Of a DNA stretch of 64,000 nt, positions 37,368-51,500 are shown in pieces. Position numbers and translations under genes: made by a program. Below the pieces are notes generated by a model. The model did no database searches, had not been told where the DNA came from, and saw only the letters and a program-made list of their open reading frames with translations. Origin of the DNA: Tubiluchus corallicola (Eukaryota > Animalia > Priapulida); NCBI GenBank assembly GCA_030141605.1, contig JAQGDQ010000185.1, positions 186,001 through 250,000 on the forward strand, given 5' to 3'. How positions within the stretch are numbered: position 1 is the stretch's first letter; each line of letters begins with the position of its first letter.

Positions 37368-37837
37368 TGCGACGTTTTGATGAAAGTTCAAATTTGTCAC
37401 TTAAAGACTATGTTTGAACCCTGCGGTAGTAGCGTTACCTGTTCAGTTCGAGTGAATGTGCTCGCAGATTTTCACCTACAGATAGTAACATCATGTTTAC
37501 AGGAATGCAGCAAGAAGTTCTTGTTCGGGGCTAGTTGTGAAACTCTAAACCATGCAATAAATTGTGAAAATTTCACGTGTGACAGAAACTGTTCTCCCCA
37601 GTTTTTCTTCTGAACTGCTTAACTTTGTCATTGCAAACAATGTATGCATAAATTCCTCTATATCCTCTACAACTTCCTAAGTTGTAAATAGTCCAAATTC
37701 CAACTCTTATGGAGCTGTGAGTGTTTTGAGTTTGTCATACACGCATTGTACACTATGTGCTTAATGCTAGCCTGAATTATCATCGTTACAGTCATTTTCC
37801 CTTCCACACACAAAAAGTTTCTTCAAATGATGCATTG

Positions 37838-37843
37838 AATAAA
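37838..37843 (+). terminator. Candidate poly(A) signal of LRRCC1
   Basis: AATAAA about 470 nt after the stop codon. Confidence 0.5.
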
Positions 37844-37875
37844 ATTGAAACAAGCACATCACTTGCAGGTCAAAA

Positions 37876-37881
37876 TTTATT
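37876..37881 (-). terminator. Candidate poly(A) signal of Shroom
   Basis: TTTATT on + (AATAAA on -), about 1.43 kb after the Shroom stop codon. Confidence 0.5.
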
Positions 37882-39306
37882 TAACTTCATCTTTACAAAC
37901 AAGGTAGTTCTCAGTGATCAATAATAATTACGTAAATTTAAATCATTTCATCATAATAATGTGATCATTTAAAGTTTGTTAAATACATACATTGTGGAAA
38001 ATTTCCCCTATGGTCAATTTGCCCAGATTTTCCCAAAAAACTGCAACAGTTAATGGAATGGATTGCATAGCTAGAAAATACACAGTTTCATATTTGTGGC
38101 ACACTTTATATTGTAATTATGCCGGTAAATTTAATGTACATTTACAGAAAGGTTTCGAAAATTTAAACATACGTACGAGTTTACAGAATAGTACTGGAAT
38201 ACTATTACTTTTCAGTTGACATGCCATATTAACATAATATGGTAATAAAAAGAAAGAAGCTGATATGTACTATTTGGTTACAGTTACAAACAGAAAACTT
38301 GGCTGACTGATAATTTCACCAACCAATTTAACCACCAATAGTTACATTAAATAATAAAAATATATTCATTTCTGAAAAGTATACATATATAAACATCATA
38401 AACTAACAAAAAACATTGGTCAAAATATTTACATAACATTACCTAATTACAGATGCTAAACTACTAGGTAAATCACTAGGATTATTACTCATGATTATTC
38501 GGCAAGTCTTTAAAAATGTAGAACTGTATGTATAAAAAGACAATTCCATAAAAAGCAATTTACTCGCATCGATTATTAATTATGGTAAAAAAACAAAAAT
38601 TGAATGCCAGAATGAAACGTGGAAAATATCTAAAAAAATTTTACTTATTTTTGTAATTGTAAAAGATTGCTTACTGCAAAATATCAGTAGCTGTGTCAGT
38701 TATAGATATAACAGTGAAACTTGAAACAAGCTAAAAACTTCTACAATAAATTTCAAAGCAAACACTTTACAGCTCATGCAAGTTTATCAGGATTAACTAG
38801 GCAAATGATCAATCTGCTCAATCAACTTACAGCAGGTGAATATGTGATGAGTGCTCCTTTTATCAGATGGAAATTGTATTCAAATAGTTCTTAGTGAAGC
38901 TTCCCTTTCTTATAACCTCAATTCACTTCTGCACTGAAAGGACCCGAAGATGGTATCATCTCAGTAAATGCATTGTAAAGTTTTAGCACGAAATCAGCAT
39001 TCTTCAGCAACTACTTAAGTAATGTGGATACAAAGAGAAATAATCTAACGGCACTTAAAAAAATGTCGAAAGCAAAATTATTTCCCCAAATTCAATACTA
39101 CAAGGCTGTATTTTCGTTTTTCGATTGCATCGATAACCACAATCAGTATTTACAAATACCCGGGGATTTACCACCGTTAAATAACCAGTGGTAGTGGAAA
39201 ACCCAGAGGTCGACAATCACAGGGACAAGTCTCTGACTAGAGTGCAGCAGCATTGAATGACATGACACAACAATAATTAACTTAACCAATCACAGAACTG
39301 AATTTA

Positions 39307-39555
39307 CTATCGACTATTAATCAATGCTGCTAGCTGCTCCTCGCCTAGCTTGAGTTTATCGTCGACCTCCCTTGTGTCAAAAATCATTTTGGATTTTATT
39401 TTCACGAAATGCTCGTAATCCTCATACTCGTCATGAGTCAGGTATTGCTGGAGAAACTCGGAGACTGTCCGACTTCGCCTGTCAATAGCTTCCTTGAGTT
39501 TGAGCGCATCTTCATATTGGGAGCTTAATTTGTCTCTCTTTTCTAACAGCGCCAC
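39307..39555 (-). CDS. Shroom: Shroom terminal exon (ASD2 C-half)
   Basis: CCAG acceptor; TAG at 39307-39309. Confidence 0.93.
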   Translation of the reverse strand: MALLEKRDKLSSQYEDALKLKEAIDRRSRTVSEFLQQYLTHDEYEDYEHFVKIKSKMIFDTREVDDKLKLGEEQLAALINSR

Positions 39556-42500
39556 CTGGAAGATAGAAGCAGAATGAATTTTAATTGTAAATAAATGAGA
39601 AAAAAGTGGAGTCAGCTATTTTCCTCAGAAAAGAATGTCAGCTAACCTTCACATACAAAAGCAATGCAAGAGATTTGATGAAGAATACAACAGAAAAAAA
39701 ATCGATCAAATTTCTACAGCATTCAATGAAAAATAAAAAACATTGGTGAAACCAATGAAACATAAGATATTAAGTGGAAAAAAATTTACTTTGATTCACA
39801 TAATCATTTCAACCACATCTGTGGACATCTTTAGGTGAACTAACGAAACGTCAATCAATAACCATAATTACCAGACTATACTAAAGATATAAACTCTTTA
39901 CCCTTTCTTCCATGTCAGCATCGTCTGGAAGGTTACTCAAGGCATTTTCTGCTCGAGCTAAACGTCCACTCAATCCCAGCAGCAGGTTCATTATCTTCTC
40001 TAATTCATCGACATACATCTTGTACTTCTCAAATTCACTAGGCTTAGCAACCTTCTCCACGCACTTGGTCACCTCGGCACCTAGTTCTTCATTAGCAGTG
40101 ATCTCCGCTTTGATGGCTTCTTGTTCCTCACGGAGAATCTTGAGTTTGTTGCTGATGCTGTTGATCAGTTCCTCCTGATAAGGTAACAAAGTAGATTTTA
40201 CATCAATGTGTGAGAAAATTATCTGAATCAAAAGCGTTTTTGAAATTATTAAACGTCTTCACATAATAAAAAGTCTACAACAGTTGAGGACTTTACAACT
40301 ATCTCATCAAGTTATGCATAGGCTATACCAAAAATGCCTCTACTGCATAGTAATAAGTAGGCCAGAAAATCATTCAAATCCACTTTTAGTGGTCAGCACT
40401 TTAGCTTGGATCTCTTTTTACATAATATTATATGACTAATTTTGTGTAAAAAAACATATAGCATATATTAAAAATTAGTAAATATTGGCAACTGACAATC
40501 TGAGAAAAAAGACATTGTGATACATATTTACACGGCATACAAGCTTACCTTTTTCTTCACCAGCTCTGTGCTGTCAATGGTTTTGTCTGCCTCCTGTAGA
40601 TGGCGCTCTGAGTTTATCCTCGTCATGAGTTTTGCTTTTGGCTCGGAGGTACTGAGGTACGCTGATAATACCGACATAGACCTGAAATTGAAAAACACAA
40701 GATAAGAAATTCTTAAGTAAAAAATCATCTTCTTTAAACAAAAATAAGAACGAAACCAATGAAAACAAGCCCTGGTAAATATACAATTTATAACCATTAC
40801 ACGGTGACTGCTAATTTCGTACTGATTCACGACAGCTTAATATCGTTTATAAATTATTGCTGACACAATATCGAGATTTATGTGACAACCTTCCAATAAC
40901 TGTAAAAAATTTTATTTGGATCTAAAATTTCATAATTGATATTGAGATATGGCCAGTCAGATGCAAATGATCGTTTAGTTTAATTATGGCAGGCTCTCCC
41001 GGATGTGGGTAAAAGTTGATTCTCAGCTATGTTTTCAAGAAGGAGGATTTTCCTACTTTGTATACAAGATTTCAATTTCATAATTATCTGGAAAAACAGT
41101 ATTTACAATTAGTTGAAAAAATTTTATCAGTCTGGGAGTTGAACATAATGTCTTATGCTTCCAATTTGAAAACACACTTATTAGGTCCTACAGGTACAGA
41201 GACAGTGAAACAAGGGCTGTTGATGCTACATCCTTTTCACTCCTATGATGTGAGTGAAGAGTTCCACTTCTAGACAGTGATGGCATTTCTATCCCACCAG
41301 TGACTGATACTGTGCATAACAAAGCATGAAATAGTACAATTGGCAGCCATGCATAAATTAAAAATTCTTCTTTCAAACTAATATAAAATGCAAAAAATTA
41401 ATACTAGTTATTTGATAGGAACTTACGGTTGACTGGTTGGGGAAAGTTTCTTCTCCCCAGCAGAGAAAGACTTGCTTTTTGTTTTTAATTTGCCAGGCTT
41501 AATGTCCTTATCTCTTGGCTGCACGTCAGTATCAAACAGACCAGTTATGTAATCGGACATTGTTTTGTGGCGCGGATCACGTCGCAGTAAACTAGATAAT
41601 CGTCTATCTTGCGTAGAACTGGCCACCTGGTCAGTAAGTTCCTGTAGATGACGTTCATCTTCAATATGCTGGGAGGGGCTTGGGCTGCGTGGCACGGGAC
41701 TCTCTGATCGCGACCTCAGCAAGCACAATCGACCGTCCGAGTCACAGATTGGCGGGGATAAATATCCATTTTCTGTCGGTGATTTAGTTAAGTCATTTTC
41801 CACTCGTCGATTTGTATACAGCTTTAATTTAATCTCTGGTTTAATCTTGCTAGTCTGCATGGTCGGTGATGTTCGATCAAGGTCGTGAATACTCGGTGTC
41901 GACCGACTGGCATACATTCGGGTTTCGATCGGCGGAGGCGACGAAACACTTCTGGGCGAGTCCGTCCCTGTTGACTGTCCAGATTCGTCAGATACGACTA
42001 CATCAGGAATTTTATCACTTCTGGCACGCCTATATGAACGACCATAATCCCTTATATCTGGTAATGTACCACTACTTCTAGACCTGGAATAACTAGGATA
42101 ATAGCAAGACTCTGAACGTGCAGTGCCATTGCTGATCGGTGGTTTTCCTGCTACCTTTTCAAAGTTTGCTATCTGTGCACTGACTGAGGTGTGTTCAATT
42201 TCCTCGTTGTTAGCAATGTTCACATGGGTGGGTCGTTCTAATGTGTCACTGCTAAATATAACCGTCGCACCAGCTTTACCAACTTTTGTTATCTTTGTTT
42301 TGGATTTCCGAAGACAAGGAGGAGGTTGGTCAGAAGTGGGTGACTCTATCACAGGTGGTGAACATATGCCCGACCTGTGGTAATTTCCATAGAATCCAGC
42401 CCGACTTGTTGACTTTGATGACAGATAAGACGTTTTGTGATAACTGCAAAAAAGGAAACACAAACTGCAAAAAACGAAACACCTTCTTTTCACTTAGCAA

Positions 42501-45500
42501 ATAATCAGCACATCTGATGCTAAAAAGCTGCTCATGTTGTGTTACATGCTTCTAAGGTAAATACTTTAAAAGGACACCAGCCTAAACACCTCTTCATCTT
42601 TGTTGTCAATACAATTTAGGTGGCACCACGCATTTTACAGTGGCAAAAGAATCTGGTTGATTTGATTCATTAAACCCCGATTTTTTTCACAAAATACATT
42701 TTAATACCTTATTCAAACTTACATTTGTTGAGCCATATGAATTGGTGACATGGGCCTATGCTGGATGTCCAGTTCTGCAGGTGGCGGCGGAGGAGGTAAG
42801 GGCTCGTCATCTAAGTCCTCCATCCTCTCAGTGACTGGCAATGGAGGGAGAGGTAGCTCAGGACTTGAGCAGGTACTGTAGCGGTGATTATAGCATTCGA
42901 CCTCTATAGTGTCCTCGCTGTGAATGGTTTCAGCTATGCTGCTGGCATCTGACGGTGACCTGGCATGATCCGCAATAGGGACAAATGCTCGTTCATGCTC
43001 TGGTTGCTGATCCTCCCCGATTCTGGGAAAGTCACTAAGCTTTCTGAACTCGATTCGTTGCGAATGTGGCTGGAATGCGTTCGATGTGGAATATTCCTGG
43101 GATTTTGGCAACTTATAAGATCCAGGTTTATTGTATTGTTGAATATAACTGAAAAAAGAGATACAGATTAGTAATATAAATGCCACCAACAACACAGTAA
43201 CACTGGTGAATTCTCTGTTTTGATTTTATCTTGCAACTGAAAATAACAAGATGATTATAAATTTGTAAAAATTAATTGAAGCGAAACACTGTGAACCTTA
43301 TCATGCTGAACCCCAACTGGATCTATCTACAAATACATAGCTACGCAAACATTTCTAAAGTAACTTAAGATGTCTTCAACAGTTTTCAGGACAAGAGCAG
43401 AGATCATCAGCTAAATCAACAGGTTCATCAGTTTACTCTAATGTTTGCTTTGCTTGTGCCATAATCTGATATGTGAATGTAAATAAAGCCGGTTCTCAAC
43501 TTTCGGCCAACGTCTTCACAACTATGAGTTCTTGCTCTGGTCAGTAACTAAAACATCTCAGCAGTTTGGAAAAGGGATTCCGTATGTGCGTCATCATGTT
43601 TACCTGGCTTCATCATTGACGTTTTTAAGTATCGAAATAACTTGCAGCATTCTCACCAATAAGCACAGCAAGGTTTTTTATGAGTATAGCAAGGACTACT
43701 TTATTTGGGAATTTATATACAACCTCAAGTAAGCTATAACAGATCAGAATGCTGCAGGCAAAGCGAACCAAACAAACTACGTGATTTCAAAGCAAACTGG
43801 CAATAAGAACAAAAACAACAACAACAACAACACAAGTGGAATGAATTGCTAAAAAATGCATTCATCGGCTCTAGAATAGGCCAAAATCTTTCCCATAAAA
43901 TTGCAAGTTAACTACTAAAAGAGAAGAAAAGGTTCTGATATAGGTTGAAAACCAATCCCTTTAATACAAAGCAGTCTATCAGGAGCTGCGTTGATGGTCT
44001 ACATTACGCTCAAATCCTCCAACCTACATAACGAACTGAGCATCAACAGACTTACACTCACCCACTCCCCTCACCCACCCTGCACTCATAAACGTTCGAC
44101 AATACCAGTGTAATCTGAAGCCAAGTCTAGGTGTCAAAAGTCTAAGATAGGGGGTAGATCAATAAATTTAACAGGCGCTTGTCTGATTACAAAGATGAAT
44201 CCTGTCAGGATGATGGACATTCCGTACCAGGCACTGCAAAACACCAGAATTATCTCAGTGAGTGGAATCATATTAATCTTCTTCAGCTTCTGCATCAAAT
44301 ATCAATCTCGTGCAATCTTTTATCGTTAATTGCTTTACCATATTTGGTCCCATCCTTAGTTACAGCTGCTTCACAACTTTAATCAGAGTAACGACAAACT
44401 ATAATTTAAGACATGCCAGCAGCTCCAGTCTATGGGTTCTTTTGAAAGTATAATAGCTCTTGTTATTTCAAAAATTAATAACGTTAGCAGCACGGCAGCG
44501 TTGTAAACAGTGCCAGTAATGTCAAATCATGTATTACAGGGTGGCACCTGTTGATGGATACAGAAAACTATATAAGCTCGAACCCCTTTAATTTTAACAT
44601 ATACAAAGCAACTGGAAAGCATTCATTCGCTTATCATTAGTATAAATCGTCAAATGACAGAAACTGTTCTACATACACGTAGATTTTTTCTAGAATGTTC
44701 CTACTCAGAGCAGCAATTACGCGGGATATCCAATAAAAAGCGCAAAAGAATCTTTGGTACGTCTCACACGGAAGCATTTTGAACATTATTCGCGTGAAAA
44801 ACTTGTTGAAATTCACCTCAGCGAAAAACTATAAGATTAAGAACACGATTATACAAAACTAGGAACTCTATCATTCGACAAAAAATCACACTGAATAGCA
44901 GCTTGAAGGCAACGATGCGCCTATATAAAAACCAGAGTACAACAAACAAGATATTTTCTTCAAAAACTGAGCCTCACTCTCAGCGCATTCAGGTCGAAGT
45001 ATTTCAGCACCGCTAAACACGCTGTACTTATATACAAATGGCTAGCACAAAAATAACCTCCAAAAGTAAAAGAAGGCCTAGTATTCTTGAAGATTAAGAG
45101 CTTTAACCTGATCCAACAGAAGCAAAAGCAAGCACAGCTAAACGGCTTCAATTTAAATGCAATCTGATTTGCATCACCCCCACCAGGGGGCAATCAAACG
45201 TCAAATGAACCTGGCTTCCTTGCCACTTACTGGGGAAGCAGTTTGTGAGGTGAAACACTAATGGGGGCAGGTAAAAAAACGAACGACGTGACAAATTCTG
45301 CAACTTGAGATAACGCTTAGATTATAGCGATAATCACCAACACTACTATATTTAATTTAATTTAAAGTTTATTACAACACATTGGAAATGCTATATAAAA
45401 GTTAAAATTTACTCTAAAAACTAAGAAATACTATATGTCATGCACTGTTAACAGATCTACGAAAATTTACAAAAAATATAAAAAGATGTATACAGAATTT

Positions 45501-48500
45501 AAAAATACAAACATCAGTTAAAAATCAGTGGTTACTACAACAATAAATTATGCTATCTTCTAAATACTCTACTATAAAATCGCACATCAGTTTGGTGGCA
45601 TATATAATTTACAATAAAATTTGCGGACCCAGTCATTTTTGTTGTTCGGCCAATAATGATGGTCGTCGTGCGTTTTCAAGTTTATCTGGAAAAAACTGCC
45701 GGAAGACCTAAGGTCCTGCAAAACTGGAAATCCTAATGCCGAAGCACGAAAATGATTTTATTCCAGGGTGACGTAATTATGTAAACAGCTGAAAGTAAAC
45801 AGCAAACACCACAGCTGCATGGTTGTTATTTTCAGACAAGCTCCCACAGTTTTTCATCTTGCTGAAACAGAAAACGCACTCAAGCATAGCTGCAGGGTTT
45901 CACAGACTTGCTAACCGAAAAACAAAGACCATCCATTACACATTGATTCATGACACCGCAAAATTTCAAAGGCGTCACTGCATGGAATAGTAAATGCACT
46001 TGCGCCTAAAAGCAAGTGTAAGTGACTATGTCGCCATGGTGTCGTCATTTTATCTGTCACTACTCTGTATCATAGCTAGTCTAGTCATAAGAATACCTGA
46101 CATTTAAATTAAGATTACTAATTCCACTTCAACTTTCGTTTTTTTTAAATAAAACATTGACATTTTAAGGCCTGAATTAACACATATCTTCTTCAACGAA
46201 TTCTGTTGAACAAAAACACATATTGCAATGACACACGATGACGTGCTGACATCATTCATTTTAAACATACAAGAATTGCTCATTCACCTAATGGAAAGCG
46301 GCCAAAAAACAATGACGAAGGAAGGAATTTTGGAAACTTGATTGAAAGAAGGCTGCGTTTCAACCATGGAGATTTTTGCATGCCATAGCATTCCATTACC
46401 ATACCATGTGATCGTAACAGGTCTTAATTAATGTCCTAATAGCTTATCCAACCATAGATAATCAATCGAACACTTCCAAAAGTGTTTATTTAACCTAGAT
46501 AACGAACTACTTATGAACTAATTAGAATACATTTTTTATCATAGACATTACACCCCCATAAAAAGTAAACGTAATTATAACACCCACAGAGAAAGTTTTT
46601 TGTTTCTAAAAAGTTAAAAATTACCCGATGTCCTTCGAGTAGGAAGTAATGTTTATTCACCACAAACACTTATATTTGATAAAGCACTTTAATTTTTACA
46701 CATAAATCTAATCTTATCTGTGACCACACTGATTTTGCACACTGTTACAGCACATGCGCCGTTAAGAACTTTACTCTGTAAGGCAGTTTACAATGCTCTA
46801 TTGAACTTAGATTACATACATTTTAAAACTGGTTTGTGCAGTATCCTGTTAAAAGCTTTCTCCGTGTACAAGGGCAAGGGAAATCGACGGGTGCAGTTCA
46901 ACAAATTAAACAATATTCAAGGTAAAACATGACAGAGGCACGGCGTACAATAAAACCTCGCCATGTCTATTTTAAATCGCACGTCAATTATTTACGTAAC
47001 AATCATGGCACCAATACTGAGCCTTGAAGCATACCTTGCTTCCATTTGCCAACGTTAAACCATTAACCACGACATTCAGTACTGATACACCTTACAAGGC
47101 AAATATCAGTAAATCTGCAATCTTTGAGAAAACGGCAAAATAAAAGCACAATTTCAAGCGGAATCAATACAAGATTTACAGAAATTCTGAGCCAGTGCGT
47201 GTGAACAAAAACCGTATATTTTGTCTAAATTACATGTACAGTGTATAACTGAAATTTCAATCATAAAAAAATTCGTGCTTGTTGTAGTTACATTTACACA
47301 AAAACTACAGTGAAGCGAAACAAATATTGCAGTTATCAAAACAAGTAACTCCCAGGAAAAAATAAGCAGTTAGATCAGTCAACTCACCCACTTCTCTGAA
47401 ACGAACTAAAATCACACACACACACACACACAGAATATACAGTGCCACAGTCTAGAACAGACCACGTTTCCGCTATGAGTAATAAACATTGCGTGTATCA
47501 TTATTTCAAGTGAAATTTTATCATCAACCAATGACAGATATACAAGAAGAGGAACTAGTTTATAAATGTTGGTTATCATAGATTATTGGAGTCAGCAACC
47601 CCCGGGAAATGTAGGGAGATTGGAGAAGTAATGTACACACATACAGTAATACATTATTAAACAGTACATTTAATAGAAATATAGATGCATTACTTCATAC
47701 ACTTGTGCAGTATTTCGCTCTCTGTTAGTAATGAAAGGAAATAATAACATAGACTCAATGCAAATCAGATAGGCTATTAACATGGGCTCTTATGCTTTCT
47801 CTTTTCGTCAAATGGGAGACACCACGTGCTTTGTGCCACAGTAAATTAGGAAGATAGTTACAGCATCTATGTTATCGTTTCAATACAAGAATTGCTACAG
47901 AAATAACAGAAGGCACGGCATGCTAAATGACGATGACTACAGCAACTTATTTGCTAGTGTTAATCAACAATTCAAAACAATTCAACCTAGAAAGTATAAA
48001 ATGAAAGTGTGAGTAGGATTAATAACAGAAAAACTTTAAAACAGTATAATGGCAAACTTAGGGTTAGCATTACTGTCTTCATAAACAATATGCCACCTGC
48101 CGTTTGTGTGTCTTGCACGACCTTGCACATACACAGGCTACCCGCATCCAACCAACCAAAGCCACAAAGCAAAGAAACTGAAAATTCAGTACCAAAGAGA
48201 GACTTGTCGTAATATCAGCTTTCACAAAGAACAGGAATACACTAACAACCGCAACTCGCAAAATAACAAACTATAAATAAACATCCTAACTCCACTTTGT
48301 GTAAATTGTTGCTGTATCTCATTAATATAATTAAGTCGGGTGTTGAGGTAAATTAACTCTTGTTCTCAAAACATGTTTCAAGTTAGAATAGCTTAACCCT
48401 ACACGCGTTATACACATTACAGGATAATTCGTCTATGACCTCTTAATTACCGGAACAACGGCTAAAGACTTCCGTCAGTACACAGAAATTAAGCCGCATA

Positions 48501-51500
48501 GTTTCAGTGGCTTCAGTGTTCAAATATGAAATTACCCGGGAGTTTCCAATTTATCTTTATCTTAAGAAAAATTACGATAAAATGTTAGAAAAAATGGCGA
48601 AGAGGGTTTATTGTGTGACATGATTTGTCCAACAAATTTAAATCGGTATAGTCTTGTGTCAAATGATAACCTTTTGTTTGCGGTTCACAGAGTGCGCTGT
48701 TCCTCTATAGGACCAACTTTTATGGAATTTTATCTACAACAGGACATTTTCGCGCACTAGCACTTTTAAAATACAGATTAAAGCATACTTATTTAAAACA
48801 GCAAACAATCTTTGAAAGGATCAAATCATTTGTCGTTATGTACTTGGGTTTTGTGAATATGTGAGTTTTCTATTAATTTACTTATCGTAATTTTACGAAA
48901 TTTAGTAGGATTACTGTTTAATCTTGTGAACCTTTGTAAGTCTGTCATGATTATTTTAGATAACGTAGTGAAGCGTCTTTGAATACTGTCAGTCGTGCTG
49001 CCTATAGATCCTGTCCCAGTGTGAACTGGAACTTACATCGAATCAAAAACTTTTTTTACTAACAGCAATGCATTTTTGGTCGGGTGCTTAAAAGCATTTA
49101 AAGCAAAACTTCACCAATGACGCTACCCGAACCCGCAACGCAATCGCATTTTGAAATGTGCCCTACATTTCTAGCCTCCTTTCCGTTAAAGAACACGCGC
49201 CCGATGAAAGTTTTAATCATTCTTGGCAAGTCTAGATTGCAGCCTGGATTAACTCGCTAACCAAGACCATACTGACCAGTAACAGCGAAGAACCTGCGCT
49301 CCATGAGATTAGCTGATGGGCCAATGGCTTCCAGCAAATATGCATGTTTTGAAAATAAATAAAATGTTCTGAAACAGCAAGCAGATGTGCGCAAAGGCAA
49401 TTATCTACAGCAAATACATTAGTGATAATTTGACGAAAAATACGAATCCCTAGATAATAATAACTGACAAAACAAAGATGCTGTTTGTCTGTTGTCGTTA
49501 TGACGATACGGTTGCGTGATGATAATAATTTTTTTATGAACTACACAAGAGTAGCATAAATTGACATAAATTAATTCATAAATTGTCATAATTCATAATT
49601 GTCATAAATTAACAACAGTTAACTTTGTTGTTAGACCAAAAATAGTCTACCCATCCAACTAGAAGTGTTTTAGAATTTAATTAACATGTTATCTAAAGGC
49701 ATTATACAATACATGCCACTTATGTTTTGTTCTTTTAACAAGGGCAACAAAAGCTAGTGAAACAAACAAACAAACAAAGTAGAAAAGTGCATATTTCGCT
49801 AGGAACGATTTCATAAAAATATCTTAATGTACTGGAAAAAATAACACTTAAGTCTGTTTTATTTGTTTTACTTAACTATACTACATTTCTCTATCACTAT
49901 GTAGAATAATGGACTTGCAATTGATCTTTTCCAAAGAAATGGCCATTTCCATTCATTTTTAAATAATCTAGGCATAAAGATTAATACTTACCAATAGCAT
50001 AAAGTTACTAATTTGTTAGGAATGACATTATAATTAGACTCTTACAGTCAAAATATACTTAAGATAATAAATGGATAGTAATTTACTGCTCTGTATATGC
50101 CGAATTAGACCAAATTTTTAATTTTAATTCGAAGAAAAGGAATACACGTACATGGACATTACTTGTACTTCTTAAGCTTTTTTCTCAATTTTTTACTAAT
50201 AGCAAAATCACCTGCACTAATAACAACAAAAAATTTATAATTTAGTAACCGACTGTACAGTGTACACAGATAAGCATTCATAGCTGCACGCGTAATCAGT
50301 CATTGAAAGCCATTGGGAAAACTACATAAACGCTTCCCATAAAAGAACCGCTGATGGCAACGACCTGCAAAGTGCTGCTGAATAATTTTCCTCTCTTTCT
50401 TTCCCTGCTACCTCCCGCAGGCAAGCGATTTGCTTCTGCAGTATAAGCACATTTTCAAACTGTTGCCATTTTTTGTTGTCTGCGAAACAGCATTAGTCAT
50501 TTTCTGACATTAATAAACTTCGTGTTCGGTAACCACTCTCAAAATGTAACAGCAAAGAAGGTATCAGTAATTTAATACCATATGTTGTTCAATTAAACGA
50601 AAAGTTACTTAAAGGCTGCGCTTAATTAGAGTAATAAACAAAGAGCTATAAAGTCTGGTTTCATTGTTTATTTTAATTTCTTCAAGAAAGAAAAATAACT
50701 TCAATTAAATGAAGTTACATTTATTACCTCAAACAAAGTATGCGCTTAATATGAGTAATAAAGAAAGAATTATAAAATCTAATTTTATTGTTTACTTTAA
50801 TTTCTTTAAGAAACAAAACAAAGAACACAGAAACTTTACTTCGAATTGGCGAGAACATAAATCCTTCGGTGCCGCTTAGTATGTACGCAGGCTAGACTTA
50901 CCTAAGATACTAAAACAGTTTAGATAAAGTAAAAGTATTGTAAATATTTAAACCAAAATTTCGCGTTTTCCTGCGCTAAGCAAGCACCGTCAAGTACGCC
51001 TCACATTGCAAAACATATTTAACAGAAAAATGCATTTTCAAACATTTTCAGAAACAGTTACAATACAACAACAACATACCAAGTCCCGGCTAAACCAAGC
51101 CACAATATGCATGTAGTGGTCTTCTAGTAATTCAAAGAAATACAATACGTATAATACAAGAAAAATGACCAACTACAGCTCAAACCCAGTCATTCCACAT
51201 TTCAAACACAAGTCTGTCAACCAACTAGTGACTTCTACAGAATATTAGATGATTTACACGCATAGTGTTAATACAGCAACTTTAGCAACGACTTTCTAGA
51301 TCCAAATGTTTCTTGCGTGCTGTCCAAATACATTCTTCAAACATTGCAGAAATATTTGTCTTATCGTAGAGTTAATTCCAATCTTCAGCGGCCCGTGGCA
51401 ATCTAATATCCCATGTTAACATAATTTTGCAGGAATTCGAAAAAAACGAGTTAACGCCTAAGCACAGTAGCATGAATAAGTCACAGATTTGTGCAATCAA

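Noticed and set aside
37683-39154. Pumilio-like TGTAAATA sites in both 3' UTRs
   Set aside because: Expected by chance in DNA this AT-rich.
41178-41376. Possible extra Shroom exon
   Set aside because: Stops in the required frame and weak acceptors; the flanking exons join directly in phase.
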